From the NCBI RefSeq assembly GCF_009914755.1, contig NC_060939.1: DNA of 64,000 nucleotides, one strand, 5' to 3'. Positions within the stretch are counted from its first letter, which is position 1. Each line of letters starts with the position of its first letter. The stretch comes from the human T2T-CHM13v2.0 reference genome, Homo sapiens. Shown piece by piece: positions 33,184-49,280 of the stretch. Both the position numbers and the translations under genes were made by a program. The notes below the pieces were generated by a model. The model searched no databases, had not been told where the DNA came from, and was given only the letters and a program-made list of their open reading frames with translations.

Positions 33184-36100
33184 TAGATGCCCAAAGCTCT
33201 CTAAATATCTGGGCCATCTAAGTTCTTGTCCACTTTACCCAAGCCCCTGCAAGCCTCACCCCCACAGCAGGGGCTTCCTTTCCCTACTCCCCTTTGGCAT
33301 CCCTAACTCTGCTTTCCTCCCACTTCTCCCAGTAGCTTCCGCTTGTTGCACTAGGCCTCAGTGCCCATCTTTGTTTCTCTAAAACACCTCTTAGGTCATA
33401 GCCACATGCTCTGCCCCATGATCCCAGGCCATCTTCATCATCTCTTTCACATGGCTGCTTTCAGCCCTCCTGCTAGCTTTCAGCTTCCTCCCTGTGCCCG
33501 GCCACCCTGGGCCAAGGTCCCTCAGCCTCAGTGACCTCCTCTATGCAACGGGCAGGCTGGTAGCTCTTGTCAGGCTGAGGCTTGGGGAGGAGATGCTGGT
33601 CTGGGCACTGGGCATCTGCCCACCTGTGTGCTCCTGGCCTCGGTTCCTCCTTTGTAAAAGGAAAAGGGTGGGTGATCGAGCAATGTGATGATGTATATTC
33701 AAAAGCTGAGAAAACTGCGAATATCAGTGGGGGTATTATTGCTGCCATTGGAGTAAGGGTGGAAATCCTGGACCTAGGCTTTCCCTTCTGTACTCTGGGG
33801 CTCTGTCCTCTGCCAGCAGTCATGCCTTTCCCTGGCTTCTAGGCTCTCCACTTGCCCTCACCATCTAGAGACAAGCAGGGCAGTGTCCTGTCCCAGTACT
33901 GTTTCTGTCCCACGGAGTAATCTCTTGCCCTTTCTGGGCTGTACTTTCTCTTTCTATAGTAAAGGGGTTGAGGGGGCAGGGGCTTTGATAACCTTTTGTG
34001 CCTTGCCTTCTCTGGACCAAGGCGTGTGTCTCTTCCCCTGCTCAGAGCCCTCCCCAAACCCTACCTTCTGCAGGGGTCTCCCAAACGAACCCCAAGCCCT
34101 TATCTCATCAGAGAGCTAGGACCGGTGCATCCCTCTGGTTAAGTGCTATGTCTCTGCCAATAGGCTGGAGCCTCTCAAGCAGGAGATTACCCGCTCCCCA
34201 CCAGACAGGGGACTTATCTTATACAGCGTCTCTGTTACCCACCTCAGACTGAAGGTTGCCCTGGGGCAGAGCCTGTGCTTCCTCTCTCTCAATGCCCCGG
34301 CACAGGACTCTGACACGGTGGATTCTTAGTAGAGTTGGGTCAGAACATCACTGGGTTTTGTCAAAGAGCAAAGGTTGTCATAAGCTTCCTGGGATGTGAG
34401 GTGCCAACCAAGTTTCTTCTAGTCTCTGTCTCTCGTAACCTGTGTTGTGGTTCCATCTGTCCCCTTCTGTGTACAGAGTTGAGGTGACCTGGCTTCTTTT
34501 TTTTTTTTTTTTTTTAATGAGTGATCCAAGGGAGGCAGGCTGGTGCCTAGGGGTGCCTCAGGAGCTGCTCACAGTGGGCAGGAAAGGGCCTGGGTGAGGA
34601 GGGATGGGAGGGGAGAGGGCAAAACAGGAAGAACAGCGGTCAGCTGCTCAGTGAGGAGAGGAGGCCGAGAAACTGGGCTGAGCAGGACAAAACCTCCCCT
34701 GTGAACCCTGCCAAGGGGAGGGGCCCCTTATTAAAACTTACTGGGGCATAGCCAGGCCCCCCTGGAGGGAGGGGGTCTGAGGGGCAGGGAAGGGGGCTGG
34801 GTGGAGGCAACTAGGACTCTGGCCTCCAGCCAGTCCTCCCCTGGGTGGCTGTTTCTGTGGCTGGGCTGTGGTTCACACCATCTGTAGCCCTTCAGTTGTC
34901 CCCTTCTCCATACCAAAGTGCTGTTTCGCCTAGTCCTGCCCTGGTCCCATTCATTCTTCAAGGACCTGGACTTGTTTCTGTAGGTAATCCAGTCACAGTA
35001 TTCTCTAGGCTACATCAGCCCAGAAGTGACAGTGATCTAGGCACAAGTTCCAGCTGTGGCCCTAGGGAGCTTCCAGAGGGTAGAAAGTTTTCAGGAGAGG
35101 TCATGAGTGGAGAGAGTTTAGAAAGGGGTGTGAGATCCCTTGGGGTGGTGGGTGGGTCCCCTGAAAGCAAGAGGCGAGCTTGGAGCTCAGAGGTGGGTGG
35201 CTGGGCAACAGCTTCACACTCCACAGACCTCACTGCCTTGTTTAAGAGAAACCAAGAGTCTGCCCATCAGGTGGAAGGCCTGGCAGGGGCTGGTGGTGCT
35301 GTCCTTGCTGTTGCCGTTGCAGTAGGAGGGTTGTCAGTGTGAAATGTGGGGGTGGGGTTTCCCATTTCCCTGTTCTTCCCTTCTAGCCCTGGGCCTATGA
35401 CAGCCTGCAGGGCTCGCTGAAGTAGTGTTAGGGCCCTGGGGGTGTCAGTGGTGATGTGGGGAATGGGAGTTGAGTGCATGATGGAATGGGAGAGCCTTTC
35501 CCTTCTTGTCAAAGGGTGCTGAAATCCCTCTTCTCCTGGACAGGGTGGCTCATAATCGGCCAGCCTTCTACTTCCTTGTTCCTATATCTGGGAAGACCTT
35601 TTTTTTTTTTCGGAGACAGGGCCTCATCCTGTTAACCATACAAGAGTCCAGTGGTGCAATCTCGGCTCACCACAACCTCCGCCTTCCTGGCTCAAGGGAT
35701 TCTCCTGCCTCAGCCTCCTGAGTAGCTGGGATTACAGGCGTGCGCCACCACCGCCCGGCTATTTTTTGTATTTTTAGTAGAGTTGGGGTTTCCCCATGTT
35801 GGCCAGGCCGATCTCAAACTCCTGACCTCAAATGATCTGCCCATCTCGGCCCAAAGTGCTGGGATTACAGGCATGACCCACCATGCCTGTAGAAGAAGAC
35901 CCTGGGAAGATCATTTGGACCACCCCACTTCCCCATTTCTCTTGCCATCTACAAGTTAGGGAGAGACCCCAAGGTGGGACCCCACATTCCTGGAGCTCCT
36001 GGAGATCTGAGGCCAGCAGCTATAGACCAGAAAGGGCTTGTCCTGACTTGGGAACTGGGCCCAGGGAGAGGGTCCCTGAGAGCCAGAGAGGATGGCAGTG

Positions 36101-37874
36101 ACAATAGTAACAATAATGACAGCTGCCGTTTACTAGGTTTAGGGCATCCTGGGAACTGCTCTATATGCTTTGTCTTTACTCAGCAACAAATGTTTATTGA
36201 ACACTTACTATGTGCCAGTCACTGTCTAGGAACTGAGGGTACAGGAGTGAACAAAACAAAAATCCTGCCCTCGTGGAGTTGGATTCCTTACAACTTCTGC
36301 TGTTAGTAGCTGCATTTCACAGATGAAGAAACTGAGGCTCAGAGAGGTTAAGTGGTTTGCTTCAGTCTGCATGACTGCAGCTTCTAAGCCCAGATTCCCC
36401 ACCACTAGAATGCGCAGTTCAAAAGGGGGTGGGGGCCCACAGTGAGAACCAGGCTGGGGTTCCCCTGCCATGACAGAGACCAGGGAAGCCAGGTCTTCCC
36501 AGCTCCTGACAGTGCACCACGCTTACATCTGTCTGGGCTTGTTCTTCCAAAGGCAGCTGTGGCCACAGGATATCCCTGGGGAGAGGCACACCTCTTTTAA
36601 CTGGGGCCCCTTTTTTGAATTTTATGTAAATTATAACGTAGTCAAAATTAGTCCATGCTAATTTCCTTCTAGCAGCCTCTAGATTCTGACACATTCTTGA
36701 TCCCCTCTCCTTCACCCCCCACTTCACACTCACGACTCTGGGTACCTATCAGTGAAGCAAAGTGGTTAGCAAAGGGTGTGTATTTTTATTTTCATTTCAC
36801 GCGTACCTCTTGAGCACCCATTATGTGTAAAAGAACAGGGCTGGGTGCTGGGGACCCAGAAGTGGATCTGACCCCAACCTTATTTGGTAGGCATGTATCT
36901 GGCACCCAGCCACCCAAGCAGGCAATCAATGAGGCACAAGATGTCAGTAGCTGGCCCCAAGGCTCCAGGGTGTCTACCCAAGTCCAAGAGAAGGGCTTGA
37001 ATTTAACTCCTGTGCCAGCCTGTGGTCAAAGACAGAGTCCTTGGAACCCTCACCAGATGTGGTGGCCACCCTAAGGTCCTTGCCTGGAGTGGGGAGGAGG
37101 GGAGAGGAGCCTCCTGCTTTGGGTGGGAAGCGGAAGGGGCTGCAGAGTGGGTTCTCTAGAAGCATAGCGGTAGAGAGGCAGATTGCCACTCAGCCTGCCT
37201 GTCCTTCCAGTCTTTGTTCTGGGTGGCCTTCCTGGGCCACCCCAACCTGAACTGGGTCCCCCACTGTCCTCTCGCTGCCCTTTGTGTGTTTCCTGTATAG
37301 CATTTCACACAGGTTGATGGGTATGCCTGGGTATTTATTTGTTCAGCTCCTATTTTCCCGCACTGTGAGCTCTGAGGACAGAGACTGCCTTACTTTTATT
37401 CTCCTGTGATGTTGTAAGCACTCAGTACATTTGTTGACTGATTGAATGAACACATGGAAGCAGAATGGTGGAGTGGGAAAAACGTGGGGTCAGAGAGACC
37501 TGCTTTGAATTCTGGCTCTGTCCTCTAGCAGTGGTTTGCCACTCTGTCGAGTCATCCTCCATTCTGAGCTTTAGTTTGCTATGACATGTGGATAATGAGG
37601 CTACCATCTTGGAGGGGAGTTGTAAGAGTGAAATGACACTATGTGTATCAAATGTTATACAGTGGCTCAGAGTAAAGTGGCTGCTGCTATTATTGTTGTT
37701 ATTAGCTCTGATCCTGGGTTAGGAATATCTGCCTTGGGGGTTGTGGGGAAGCTCACATATTATGATGTCATTAGGTACTTAGCCTAGGGACACATCCCTT
37801 GTGTGACCTATGAACCTGTGACCTGTGACCCCATGGTAGCAACCCTCATGGTATGAACTGGTGCTGTGTTACAG

Positions 37875-38024
37875 GGTGTGAAGGAAGCCGGTGAGAAGCC
37901 TCGGGGAGCACAGATGGTGGACAAGGCTGGCTGGATCAAGAAGAGCAGTGGGGGCCTCCTGGGTTTCTGGAAAGACCGATATCTGCTCCTCTGCCAGGCC
38001 CAGCTGCTGGTCTATGAGAATGAG
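37875..38024 (+). CDS. PLEKHO2: PLEKHO2 exon 2 (GVKEAG...VYENE; first PH strands)
   Basis: 150 nt; ttacAG|GGT and GAG|GTGAGG. Confidence 0.96.
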
Positions 38025-38168
38025 GTGAGGACCTGCTTGGCCCTGAGATTGGGGGTTCTGGGACAGGGGCAAAGTGAGGGCATTCAAGTTAGTAGGAGGA
38101 CCCTGGGTCTGGGGCCAGAAGACCTGCTCTACTTTTGCCATGCTGTGCAACCTTGAGCGAGTACCTAA

Positions 38169-39034
<866 letters not shown>

Positions 39035-39335
39035 TGAACTGTATGTGCATCTAGTGTGCAAGTCTTTTCCTGTCCCTGGGCAAGGTTCCATATGAGTGAA
39101 TGTTATGGAAAACTGAAGCCTGCTCCATTCAGCAGTGGTAGTAGAAATAATAATTAGCAGGCCGGGTTGTAGTGGCTTACACCTATAATCTCAGCACTTT
39201 GGGAGGCCGAGGCAGGCGGATCACCTGAGGTCAGGAGTTCTAGACCAGCCTGACCAACGTGGAGAAACCCCATCTCTACTAAAAATACAAAATTAGCCGG
39301 GTGTAGTGGTGCATGTCCGTAATGCCAGCTACTCA

Positions 39336-39440
<105 letters not shown>

Positions 39441-41769
39441 TCAAAAAAACAAAAAAATAATAAGTAGCACTCGTACTTGTTTGGAGATATGCTCTTACAT
39501 ATCTCCCTATGACAAATTGCAATAGTCCCATGAGAGTGGTCTTCATGTTAGATTTTTACAGAAGAGGATACTGAGGCTCAGGGTGACAAGATGACTGTTC
39601 AGCATCTCCCAGTGAATGGAGGAGTTAGGTCTAGAAGCAAGTCCAGCGTGCTTTCTACCAAGAGACGCCAGCAAGTAAACTCCAAAACTTATTTTTGTTA
39701 GAAAATCTCTAAAATATGTTAAATATTCTCCGCTTTCTTCAACAGAAGATTCTGGCCTAAATAAAATCTTTCCCTGGTGGCTCAGTGTCATCACCTGTCA
39801 GACCCACCTGCAGAGTGGGTTCTCTAGATGCACAGGGGTAAAGAGGCAGATTGCCTCTCTGTTTTGAACTGGCAGGAGGCTGTACTTCTCATCTTTTCTT
39901 TCTCCTTTAACATCAAGCTGCTGGTTGCAACTTCTGCTGTCCTTGTGCCTCGAATAGCCCTCACTTCTTCCCACTTCAGATGCTTGTTCCCCTTCTGATT
40001 TCAGCAGGCTTGGGATTTGGACAACCAAGGATGCTAAGCTTGCGTGTTAACTAAGAGTCAATTAAGATGTAGGTGAAGACTTGAGGAAGAAAAGTGGTTT
40101 TTACTTGTAGATGCTATTTGTGTGCTGTGGTTGAGGCTATCGGAGGGCCCATCCACTGAAAACAGGGTAGCAATATATGCCTTTGACAAATGAAATACCT
40201 GGGGAAGAATTGGCCTGGGGGCAGAAGGGGGAGCCTGCCTCTTCCTCATCCACCTCTCCCAGCCTGCCTCAGGCTATCTTGGCAAATTCACAGTTGTCCC
40301 AGGACAAGAAAGATTAGGCAACCTGGATCCAAAGTGTTTAAAGGAGCTGCCTCGGAGAAACACCTTGTCTGACCTACCTGAGTTGCTGGCTCGTGGAGTT
40401 TGTTTGGGTGTCAGAGAAGCAGTGGGAAGAGGGCAAGGGAATGAGGGTGCGTAGACAGCACCCCCAGATGTTCTCTACTGCTGCTCCCACCAAAATAGGA
40501 TGTGCCACAGTTGAGAATGAGGCAGCAGGGGGACCTTTTTTCCAATAAAGGGGGTTGTCACAGCTTCTTCCAGTGCCAGCTGCCATGAGATTTAAGTAAC
40601 AGGCTTCAGCTGTCAGCCTGTCAGGTACTGTCAGACTTGTCCTAAACTGCCTCTCTGCATCTGGCCACAGCTGGGAAGCAGGAAGGATTTCACATCTCCC
40701 AAACATGAAAAATCTAAATCATGCTTTTTTCCCCTTGTTTGAAAAAGATTGCTATTAAAAATGTAAATGCAATTTCAGGAACTTAACACTTAGGGGTGGG
40801 GGAGCTTGGCCCTGGAGTAGGAATTGAGAAATGCTTATTAGCTCAATTCCTCTTTCTGATGTAAGGAACTAGGCGAATGCGAATGGCTCTTGGCTGTTTC
40901 TTTGCTGTCAGAGAGGCTGACATTCCAAAGATGCTTCCCTCACCCATTGCCTACTGGTTTATCCGTTTTTCTGAGCTGCAGAAGAGCTGGGATGATTCAG
41001 CGTCTTGGGGTGGGGTGGAGAGGAGACCCAGGACAGGCAGCTATTGGGAGCTTAATGGTAGAGGTGGATGGACTTTTTGTTCCCAGGCAGAGGAGGGTGT
41101 ATTCGGGCCAGTGGCGGTCCAGTTAGTGGAGGCCTGTGGACACGGGGCAAGTAAGCTGCTCTCTCTCAAGCAAGGATTCTTCCCCGGGCAGTTTCCCTGC
41201 TCCAGATTCCCGGGGAGGAGGAGACTTCCTGAGTTCTCAATCTGGATAAGGCACTCAGAAAACTGGTCCTACATATGTTCTGCTTGAGGGCTGCTGCTTG
41301 TAGGGTGCAGTTGGGGGAACAGAAGGATAAGCAGATAGATACACAGAGAATGGGGTAGAGAAAGATGGCCAAGCAGGGAGTCAGGACTGTGTTTTCCCAT
41401 GGCAGGACTCGGCTCCTAGCACCTCATAGGGTGTCTGCATCTTGCAGGTGTTTTGTAGATGTTTGCATCCCCCTGGCAGTAAATGATGGGATGGAGAGCA
41501 CTCAAGTTCAGGGGTTCATGGTTGGGGGCAGGGGAGTTTCTCAGAGCAAGAGGATTTTTCTGGTCCGTCTGTTTAGTTGAGGAATCTGGAAGGTACTGGA
41601 GGCTAGAGATTGGAAAGGGATGTATGGATGGAAGCAAAAATGAGAAAAGATACTTGATTTAACCTGGTTGGGAGAGATAAGGCCACCTTGGCCATCTCTT
41701 CCCCTTTCTCTGAGGGGCTGACGAGAGAGTCGATTAGTAGTTATCCACATTAGATATACAGTCATCTGC

Positions 41770-42960
<1,191 letters not shown>

Positions 42961-44202
42961 AACCTACTGCCTGTGACTGGAAGGAGTGTGCTGTGCTGGA
43001 AAGGGCCCTGGCCTGGGAGTCAGAGGCTGTGGTTTGAGTTGGGGCCCTGCCCCTTATATTTGGGTCTGTGTGCCTAGGGCAAATCCCTTCACCTCCAGGC
43101 CTCATTCTTTCCTTCTAAAATGAGGCAGATATGGGGCTGCAGGCTTTCAGGGTTATTGTGAGGTTCAGAGACTCAGGGATGCAGAAGTGCTCACTAAGTG
43201 TCAGATTTCTTCTGTTAAACATCAGCAAGGGTTTCCTTAACTTTTTGGCCCGTCCCAGGGTGGTGTACCCTCCCCCACCAAAGGATCTGCTTCTGCTTCC
43301 CTGGACTCTCCTGGATGACAGAGTGCCACACCCAGGAAGTTGTTCCAGTTGGGTCTTCCCTGGAAGAGGACCAGTTGACCACCACTGAGGGAGGAGCTTT
43401 TCCCAGGCAGCTTGCTGGACAGGCACCTGATGGGTGGAGCCTGTGGAGAAAACACTCAAATGTCAGGAGTGGTGGGCAGGAAGACAGTCTGGCTGGTGTC
43501 CAGAGATGGCCGGGAAGAGGCTGGGCACTGTTCTGGCCACTGGCCCTCCTAATGATGAGGCCTCCGAGTGGTGGGGTGGGGATGGGATGCGCTTCAAGGA
43601 GCCCTTGCCTGTTGCTTGTATGTAGCCTGCAGCCTTGGATGAGGTGCTGCTCTCCCAAGCCAGGGCTCCGCAGGGGGTGATGCTGAGTGAGGAGCACAAT
43701 TCAGGATGGCTGTGCTGAAGGCAGGGCATGTAGCCCCAAATTTGCCTTGTTCACACTTCCCTCTGGCTCTTCCTGGAAAGTCGTTGTCCCCCGTCCCCAT
43801 CCCACTCCCTGCCTGCCATTTTGTGGCATCCTGCATTCTTCTTCTGGCTTTCTCTTCCACAGATCTCTGCCTGGCCTCTGGGCATGGCTGGACCCCAGAC
43901 AGCCTTTTCTTATCCTCTCTAGCTTCCCCTCTGTTTCCTCCTCTGGCCTTAGGCACATACGCGCCTCTGGGCTATGTGCCCATCTCCCATCTGGATGGGG
44001 AGCCTTGTGGGCATCCCTCCAGCCAGCATGCACTTGCCAGGGTCTGGACACCACATCTTGGTGACTGATTGGCAGCCTGAGGTCCTCCCTCTAACCAAGT
44101 GATGTCCTCGCTGAGTGGGATCAGGGTCTGGGACATGAGTAGTTGAGGGTGGTGGTGGGTCTGACTGTCACCAGCTCATGTCCCTTCTGTCTCCCTCCCC
44201 AG

Positions 44203-44319
44203 GATGATCAGAAGTGTGTGGAGACTGTGGAGCTGGGCAGCTATGAGAAGTGCCAGGACCTTCGTGCCCTCCTCAAGCGAAAACACCGCTTTATCCTGCT
44301 GCGATCCCCAGGGAACAAG
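44203..44319 (+). CDS. PLEKHO2: PLEKHO2 exon 3 (DDQKCVE...SPGNK)
   Basis: 117 nt; ctccccAG|GAT and AAG|GTAGGG. Confidence 0.96.
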
Positions 44320-45900
44320 GTAGGGCGATGCCTGCTGCTGCCCCATCTCCCTCTAGCCCAGAGTCAGCTTGGGAGGCCTAAGCAGGTTTAAGGCAGGCCT
44401 GGCCCCTTGAAAAAGCCTGTTTTCCGTTGCGTGTGGCTGAGGCTCAGCCCTAGCAGCCACCATAGGTCAGACCTTTGCTCATTTTGTCTCGGAATCTTCC
44501 AAGCCCCTAGTTGATAAGAGATGCACTTAGGGCTCTGTTGAGAGACCTCTGCTCCCCTTTTCCTCTTGCAGGCCCAGGGCCTCCATCCCAGGCTGTAGTT
44601 GGAAAGTAGCCTTTGGGAGGTGGGGCACTTGGCTGTACCCCAGACCCTGGGGGAGGCCCAGGGCTGAGGCAGGAGAGCTGTGGTTGAGGCCTCCACCCTG
44701 CCAGGCCTCAACACCGTGATGCAGCCTGGGGCAGAGGGGGAGTGTGTGGCCTCCCTTCATCCCAGGCCTTTGTGGGTGGGCCCACCCTGGACTAAGGACT
44801 AGGAGGCCTGCAGCCCCCCAGCTTTCCTCCCCTTGCACTTTCCTTTCTTGGCTGTAGCTGGGGAAGGTCCCTGGCTTGAGAGAGTCTTTCCCTGGGACAT
44901 GCTGTGTGTACAGATGAAGTTTGCTGTTTGCACCACATTTCTCTGGCGGGGAGTCTGGTGGGTGTTGACACATGGTGTAGCTTCACAGATGTCAGGAGCG
45001 AGTTCAGATTTGAGGCTGGCATGCACAGCACCTCTCGCCAGCTTGCACCCATCTGCGGCTGGGCCATTCCTTGCCTTGTCCTCTGCATGTCATGTGGAGC
45101 CTCGCAGAATAGGGCTGAGTCACAGAGGCTGGGAGTTGGGGAGCAAGTCTGGTCTGGGCCTGCTGGAGGCCATTCTGTTTCTCCCCCAGCTTTAGGGGAT
45201 AGGAGCCCAGTCCTCTGCAGACCCTGAAGACCACAATGCTTTACTCATTGACCCTTTGTCCTACTGTGCAGGGGGTGGGGGCGCAGAAGCAACCAAGATA
45301 GCAGTGGAGGGGGCTGTGGAGCTGTGATACTAGGGAGCTGGAAGTGTATCCCAGGGTAGCGGCTGGTATAATTATAGTGTTATGAGGGCTCATGGGACTG
45401 GGCCCAGGTTTCACTTGACATCTGCTGCTTAGGGCTCTTTGAGGACAAAAAGAGTCACATTTTAATCTTTTCAAGGCCTGGAGCCCCTACCCTGTCCTGG
45501 AGACCCACTTCCTTCCTGAGTGGGCACTGTATATGTGGATGTGTGTTTGAGAGAGATGAGATGCAAAGTATGTTCTGTGTGAAGATCTGCCACCTGTGTG
45601 TCTGGCCCTTATGTGTGTATCTTTTTTTAATGCAGGTGAGTGCTCACCTGGCCGTGTGTCTGTCTGGGTGTGTGTCTTAGTATGCTATGTGGATGTGGGG
45701 TGGAGGGGGACCTAGCCTCTCTGGCCTCTGCCTGTGCTGTTCTGTGGGCCATCTCTTCCCCAGCTCTGAGAATCAGCTGGTGATAGACTAGGTGGGCTTG
45801 GCTCAGCTCAGGGTGGGACATCACCTTCAGAGAAGCCTGTTTGTGCAGCTGTGTTCTCAGCTGCTTCAGCCAACACCCTCCCTACCAGCCCCCAACCCTG

Positions 45901-45960
45901 CAAGAATTTAGGCTGGCTCTGAGAACAGGACAAGAATTTAGGCTGGCTCTGAGAACAGGA
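45901..45960. repeat. Perfect 30-bp tandem duplication
   Basis: caagaatttaggctggctctgagaacagga x2. Confidence 0.97.
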
Positions 45961-48039
45961 GATGGGGCTGTGGAGCAAGTGGTGGGTGCTGCGGATGAAA
46001 CAGTGCATCCTGGTTCCAGCTCAAGGGTCCCTGACCCTCCCCACCCCAGGAGCTCACACAGATTGGGGCTCTCCAGAGGTCAGTTGGTGGACCTGGCCCA
46101 GGGCACCACATTCCCACATCCTCTCACCCTCCTTTCTCAGCAGCCTGGGTGTTCCCCGTCCTCAGTGAGGCCTCCAGCCGGCCAGGAGGTCACATGACCC
46201 TGGCTGTCTGGTCCTGAGGCCGCCTTTTTTCCCCTCTAATCAAATAAACAAAGACTCCAATGTCTTACATGCCCCTCTCCCCCTGCTTCTCCAGCCCCAC
46301 ACCCCTGCCCATGAGGTCACAGGCAGACGCTGCCAGGAAGCAGGGTGGCCACTGCTGGGCCTTGCTGCCCTGCTGGTCTCAGCCAGCTTGGCCCTTTCCT
46401 CTTTCCTGCCTCCTCTCTTCCCCTCCCACTTTTTTCCTCTCTGCCATTTTGTCCTTAACCTTTTCCCAGGCCTTGTGGGCCTAGTCTGTGGCCAGTCCTG
46501 TTAGCATCTAAGCTCCTAGCAGTGCCTATGTCCCTGGGGCTTCTTGGAAGTTCTCAGGGCAGGGACCTGTACAGCCTGTGGCCCTTCAGGATGGTTTTTG
46601 GGGAGAGGCACAGCTTCTTGGTATTCTTATTTTTTGAGACAGGATCTCACTCTGTCACCCAGGCTGGAGTGTAGTGGCATTATCTCAGCTTGCTGCAACT
46701 TCTGCCTCCTAGGCTCAGGTGATCCTCCCACCTCAGCTTCTGAGTAGCCGGGACTGCAGGCACACACCGTCATGCCTGGCTAATTTTCATATTTTTTGTA
46801 GAGATGGGGTCTCACTATGTTGCCCAGGCTGGTAACTTCTTGGTATTCTAATTGTTTCTATTGTGGTCATCCTTGTGGAATGCCTGGCTCGTTCAGCCAG
46901 ATACAGGGTTCCTTAGGAGGGTGGAGCTGGGTCCTGTTTAACCTTGTCTTCCTTCTCCTGTGGGAGCCTTTTGGCTTGCACAATAGGTCTTCTCTGAGGC
47001 CATTTCTGCTTCTCACAAGGGAGCAGAAGAGAGCCGAGGCAGCCTGCTTCAGGTGGGCTGGGCCAGTGGGGAAGGAGCTGCAGTTTGGGCTGGGTCCAGT
47101 GGTTCTGTTCTTGTCCCTTTGAGGTCCAGAGTAATGAAGCGAGTAGAACTTGGTAATCTGACTTCTAGGCCTGCTCTTCTCTGGCCTCCTCTTGTTCCAT
47201 TGGCTCCTGAGTTCAGCTGTACACTTTTCAAGCTCCCTGGATGCTAAATCCTGTACCATGCAGGGGTCACACCAGCTCTGAGCCTGTGAATAGGAGGAGC
47301 AGCTGGGTAGAAGGGCTGGCCCCAGACTCCCTTTCTAGCAGGTCCCGTCACAGAGTTGGGTGGCCTTAGCGACCCCAGATGCAGTGTGGTCTGTCTCTGA
47401 GCCCCCAGCAGCCCTGATGGCTGAGCTGAGGCAGTTGCCAAGGTGCCCTGGGGTTTCTGACTTAACTGAAGATCTGCTTCCAGGATCAAATTTACCCTGG
47501 TCATGCAAATGAGCATTTGGCTGTGCCTGGCATGGTGGGGGTGGGACCCAGGGCCCTGCATGAGGAGGAGGCAGTGGCAGCCAGGAGGAAATTATATAAT
47601 GAGGATGCTGAGGGGGCCAGGCCGACCTCGGTGTTACATAACTGGAGAGTGGAGGGAGGGGAGGTACTATCTAACACCAGGGTGGAGGATGGGCAAGCTG
47701 GCGACCGCCAACAAAGAACTAGGGCATCTTGAGGTCAGAGAGTAGGCAGTGGTCCAAAAATGGTGAGGGAAGGAAACTTGAGCCAGTTCATTAATTTTTT
47801 GGCTCATTCATTCAAGAACTATTTACTGAGCACCTACTATGTGCCAGTCCCTGCTTTTAATCATGTTTAATTTCCCCATCATTGCTTGGTAGTAGGCAGT
47901 GTTATCCCATCTTACAGACGAGGAAACAAACTGTTTTGTCCAGAGGGAAGGCAATGGTGCTAATTCCTATTACTGAGTATTCACTCTGCCTAGCTCCAGA
48001 TTTAGTACTTTAGATATATCTTTTTTCCCTCAATTAAAA

Positions 48040-48525
48040 AATAAAAAACTGTGGTAAAAAAAAATTTACCATCTTTTCCAGTTTGAAATTGCACAATTCA
48101 GCGGCATTAAATACATTCATGGTGTTGTACAGCTATCACCACCATCCATCACATAACTCTCCATCGTGTAAAACTAAAACTCTATGCCCATTAAATAATA
48201 ATGCCCCATTGCCCCTCTCCCCAGCCCCTGGCAACCACCACTCTCCTCTCTGTCTCTATGATTTTGACAACTCTAGGTACCTCATATAGGTGGAATTGTA
48301 CAGTTTTTGTCTTTTTGTGTCCAGCTTATTTCACTTAGCACAATGTTTTCAAGGTTCATCCCTGTTGTAGCATGTGTCAGATTTTTCTTCCTTTTTAAGG
48401 CTGGCTGATAATCCATTGTACGTATGGACCACATTTTGCTTATCCATTCATCTGTCAGTGGACACTGAGGTTGCTTCCACCTTTTGGCTGTTGTGAACAA
48501 TGCTATGAGCATGGGTGTACAAATT
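48040..48525 (-). mobile_element. Old L1 (L1MB-like) 3' fragment
   Basis: ORF 48282..48554 resembles the L1 ORF2 C-terminus (CTPM.IALFT.AKRWKQP.CP.TDEWI.KMW), followed by L1M 3'UTR-like sequence. Confidence 0.8.
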
Positions 48526-49175
48526 GGATACATCATTTTAAAAATGATCTTCATGGCTCCATGAGGCAGGTTCTGGTGGTATTCTCTTTTACAGTTGAAG
48601 AAACTGAGGCCTGAGGTCAGACACCTGTAAGTGGTGGACTGTCCTGCTCAGAGGCCCTACTGCCTTGTCCACTGCGTGAGGCAGCCCCTCAGTTTCCATG
48701 ACCTCACTCCTTCCTCTTATTTCCTGTCTGGCCATTGGGCCTGGCAGGGTCAGGGTTCTCTGAGCCACCCTCTGATTCTAACAGGAGCTCAGAGCTCCTA
48801 CCTGAATTGGGAAAGGACTCATGGGTGGTGTGGGGTGGGTTTGAATGTAGACTGGGGCTATTCCTACTTTTCAGAGTAAACGGAAGCCCAGAGCCCAGGC
48901 AGCTGGCCTGGGGGAGTCCCATGGAGCTGGACCAGATCCGGGCTCTTTCCACAAGGCCAGGCTGATTCGAATCTAGACCCAGCTGCATACTGGTGGGCAG
49001 TGGGGAGGGCTTCTCTGTGAGATCTTTCCCTTTCCTGGCCCAAAGCCCCAGTGTCATACTTAACTGTGGGGTCATTTTGGTTTGACTTTGGGATCTAGGT
49101 AAGGAAGCCTCCTTAAGATGCCAAATGTGAGCTTTGTTAAACATCTGCCATCTACTCCATCCATCTTGCCCACAG

Positions 49176-49280
49176 GTCAGCGACATCAAATTCCAGGCAC
49201 CCACCGGGGAGGAGAAGGAATCCTGGATCAAAGCCCTCAATGAAGGGATTAACCGAGGCAAAAACAAGGCTTTCGATGAG
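49176..49280 (+). CDS. PLEKHO2: PLEKHO2 exon 4 (VSDIKF...ESWIKAL...AFDE)
   Basis: 105 nt; PH C-terminal helix Trp; cacAG|GTC and GAG|GTGCGA. Confidence 0.96.

Noticed and set aside
48282-48554. 90-aa ORF similar to L1 ORF2
   Set aside because: A decayed fragment of an old LINE, not a gene or an active element.
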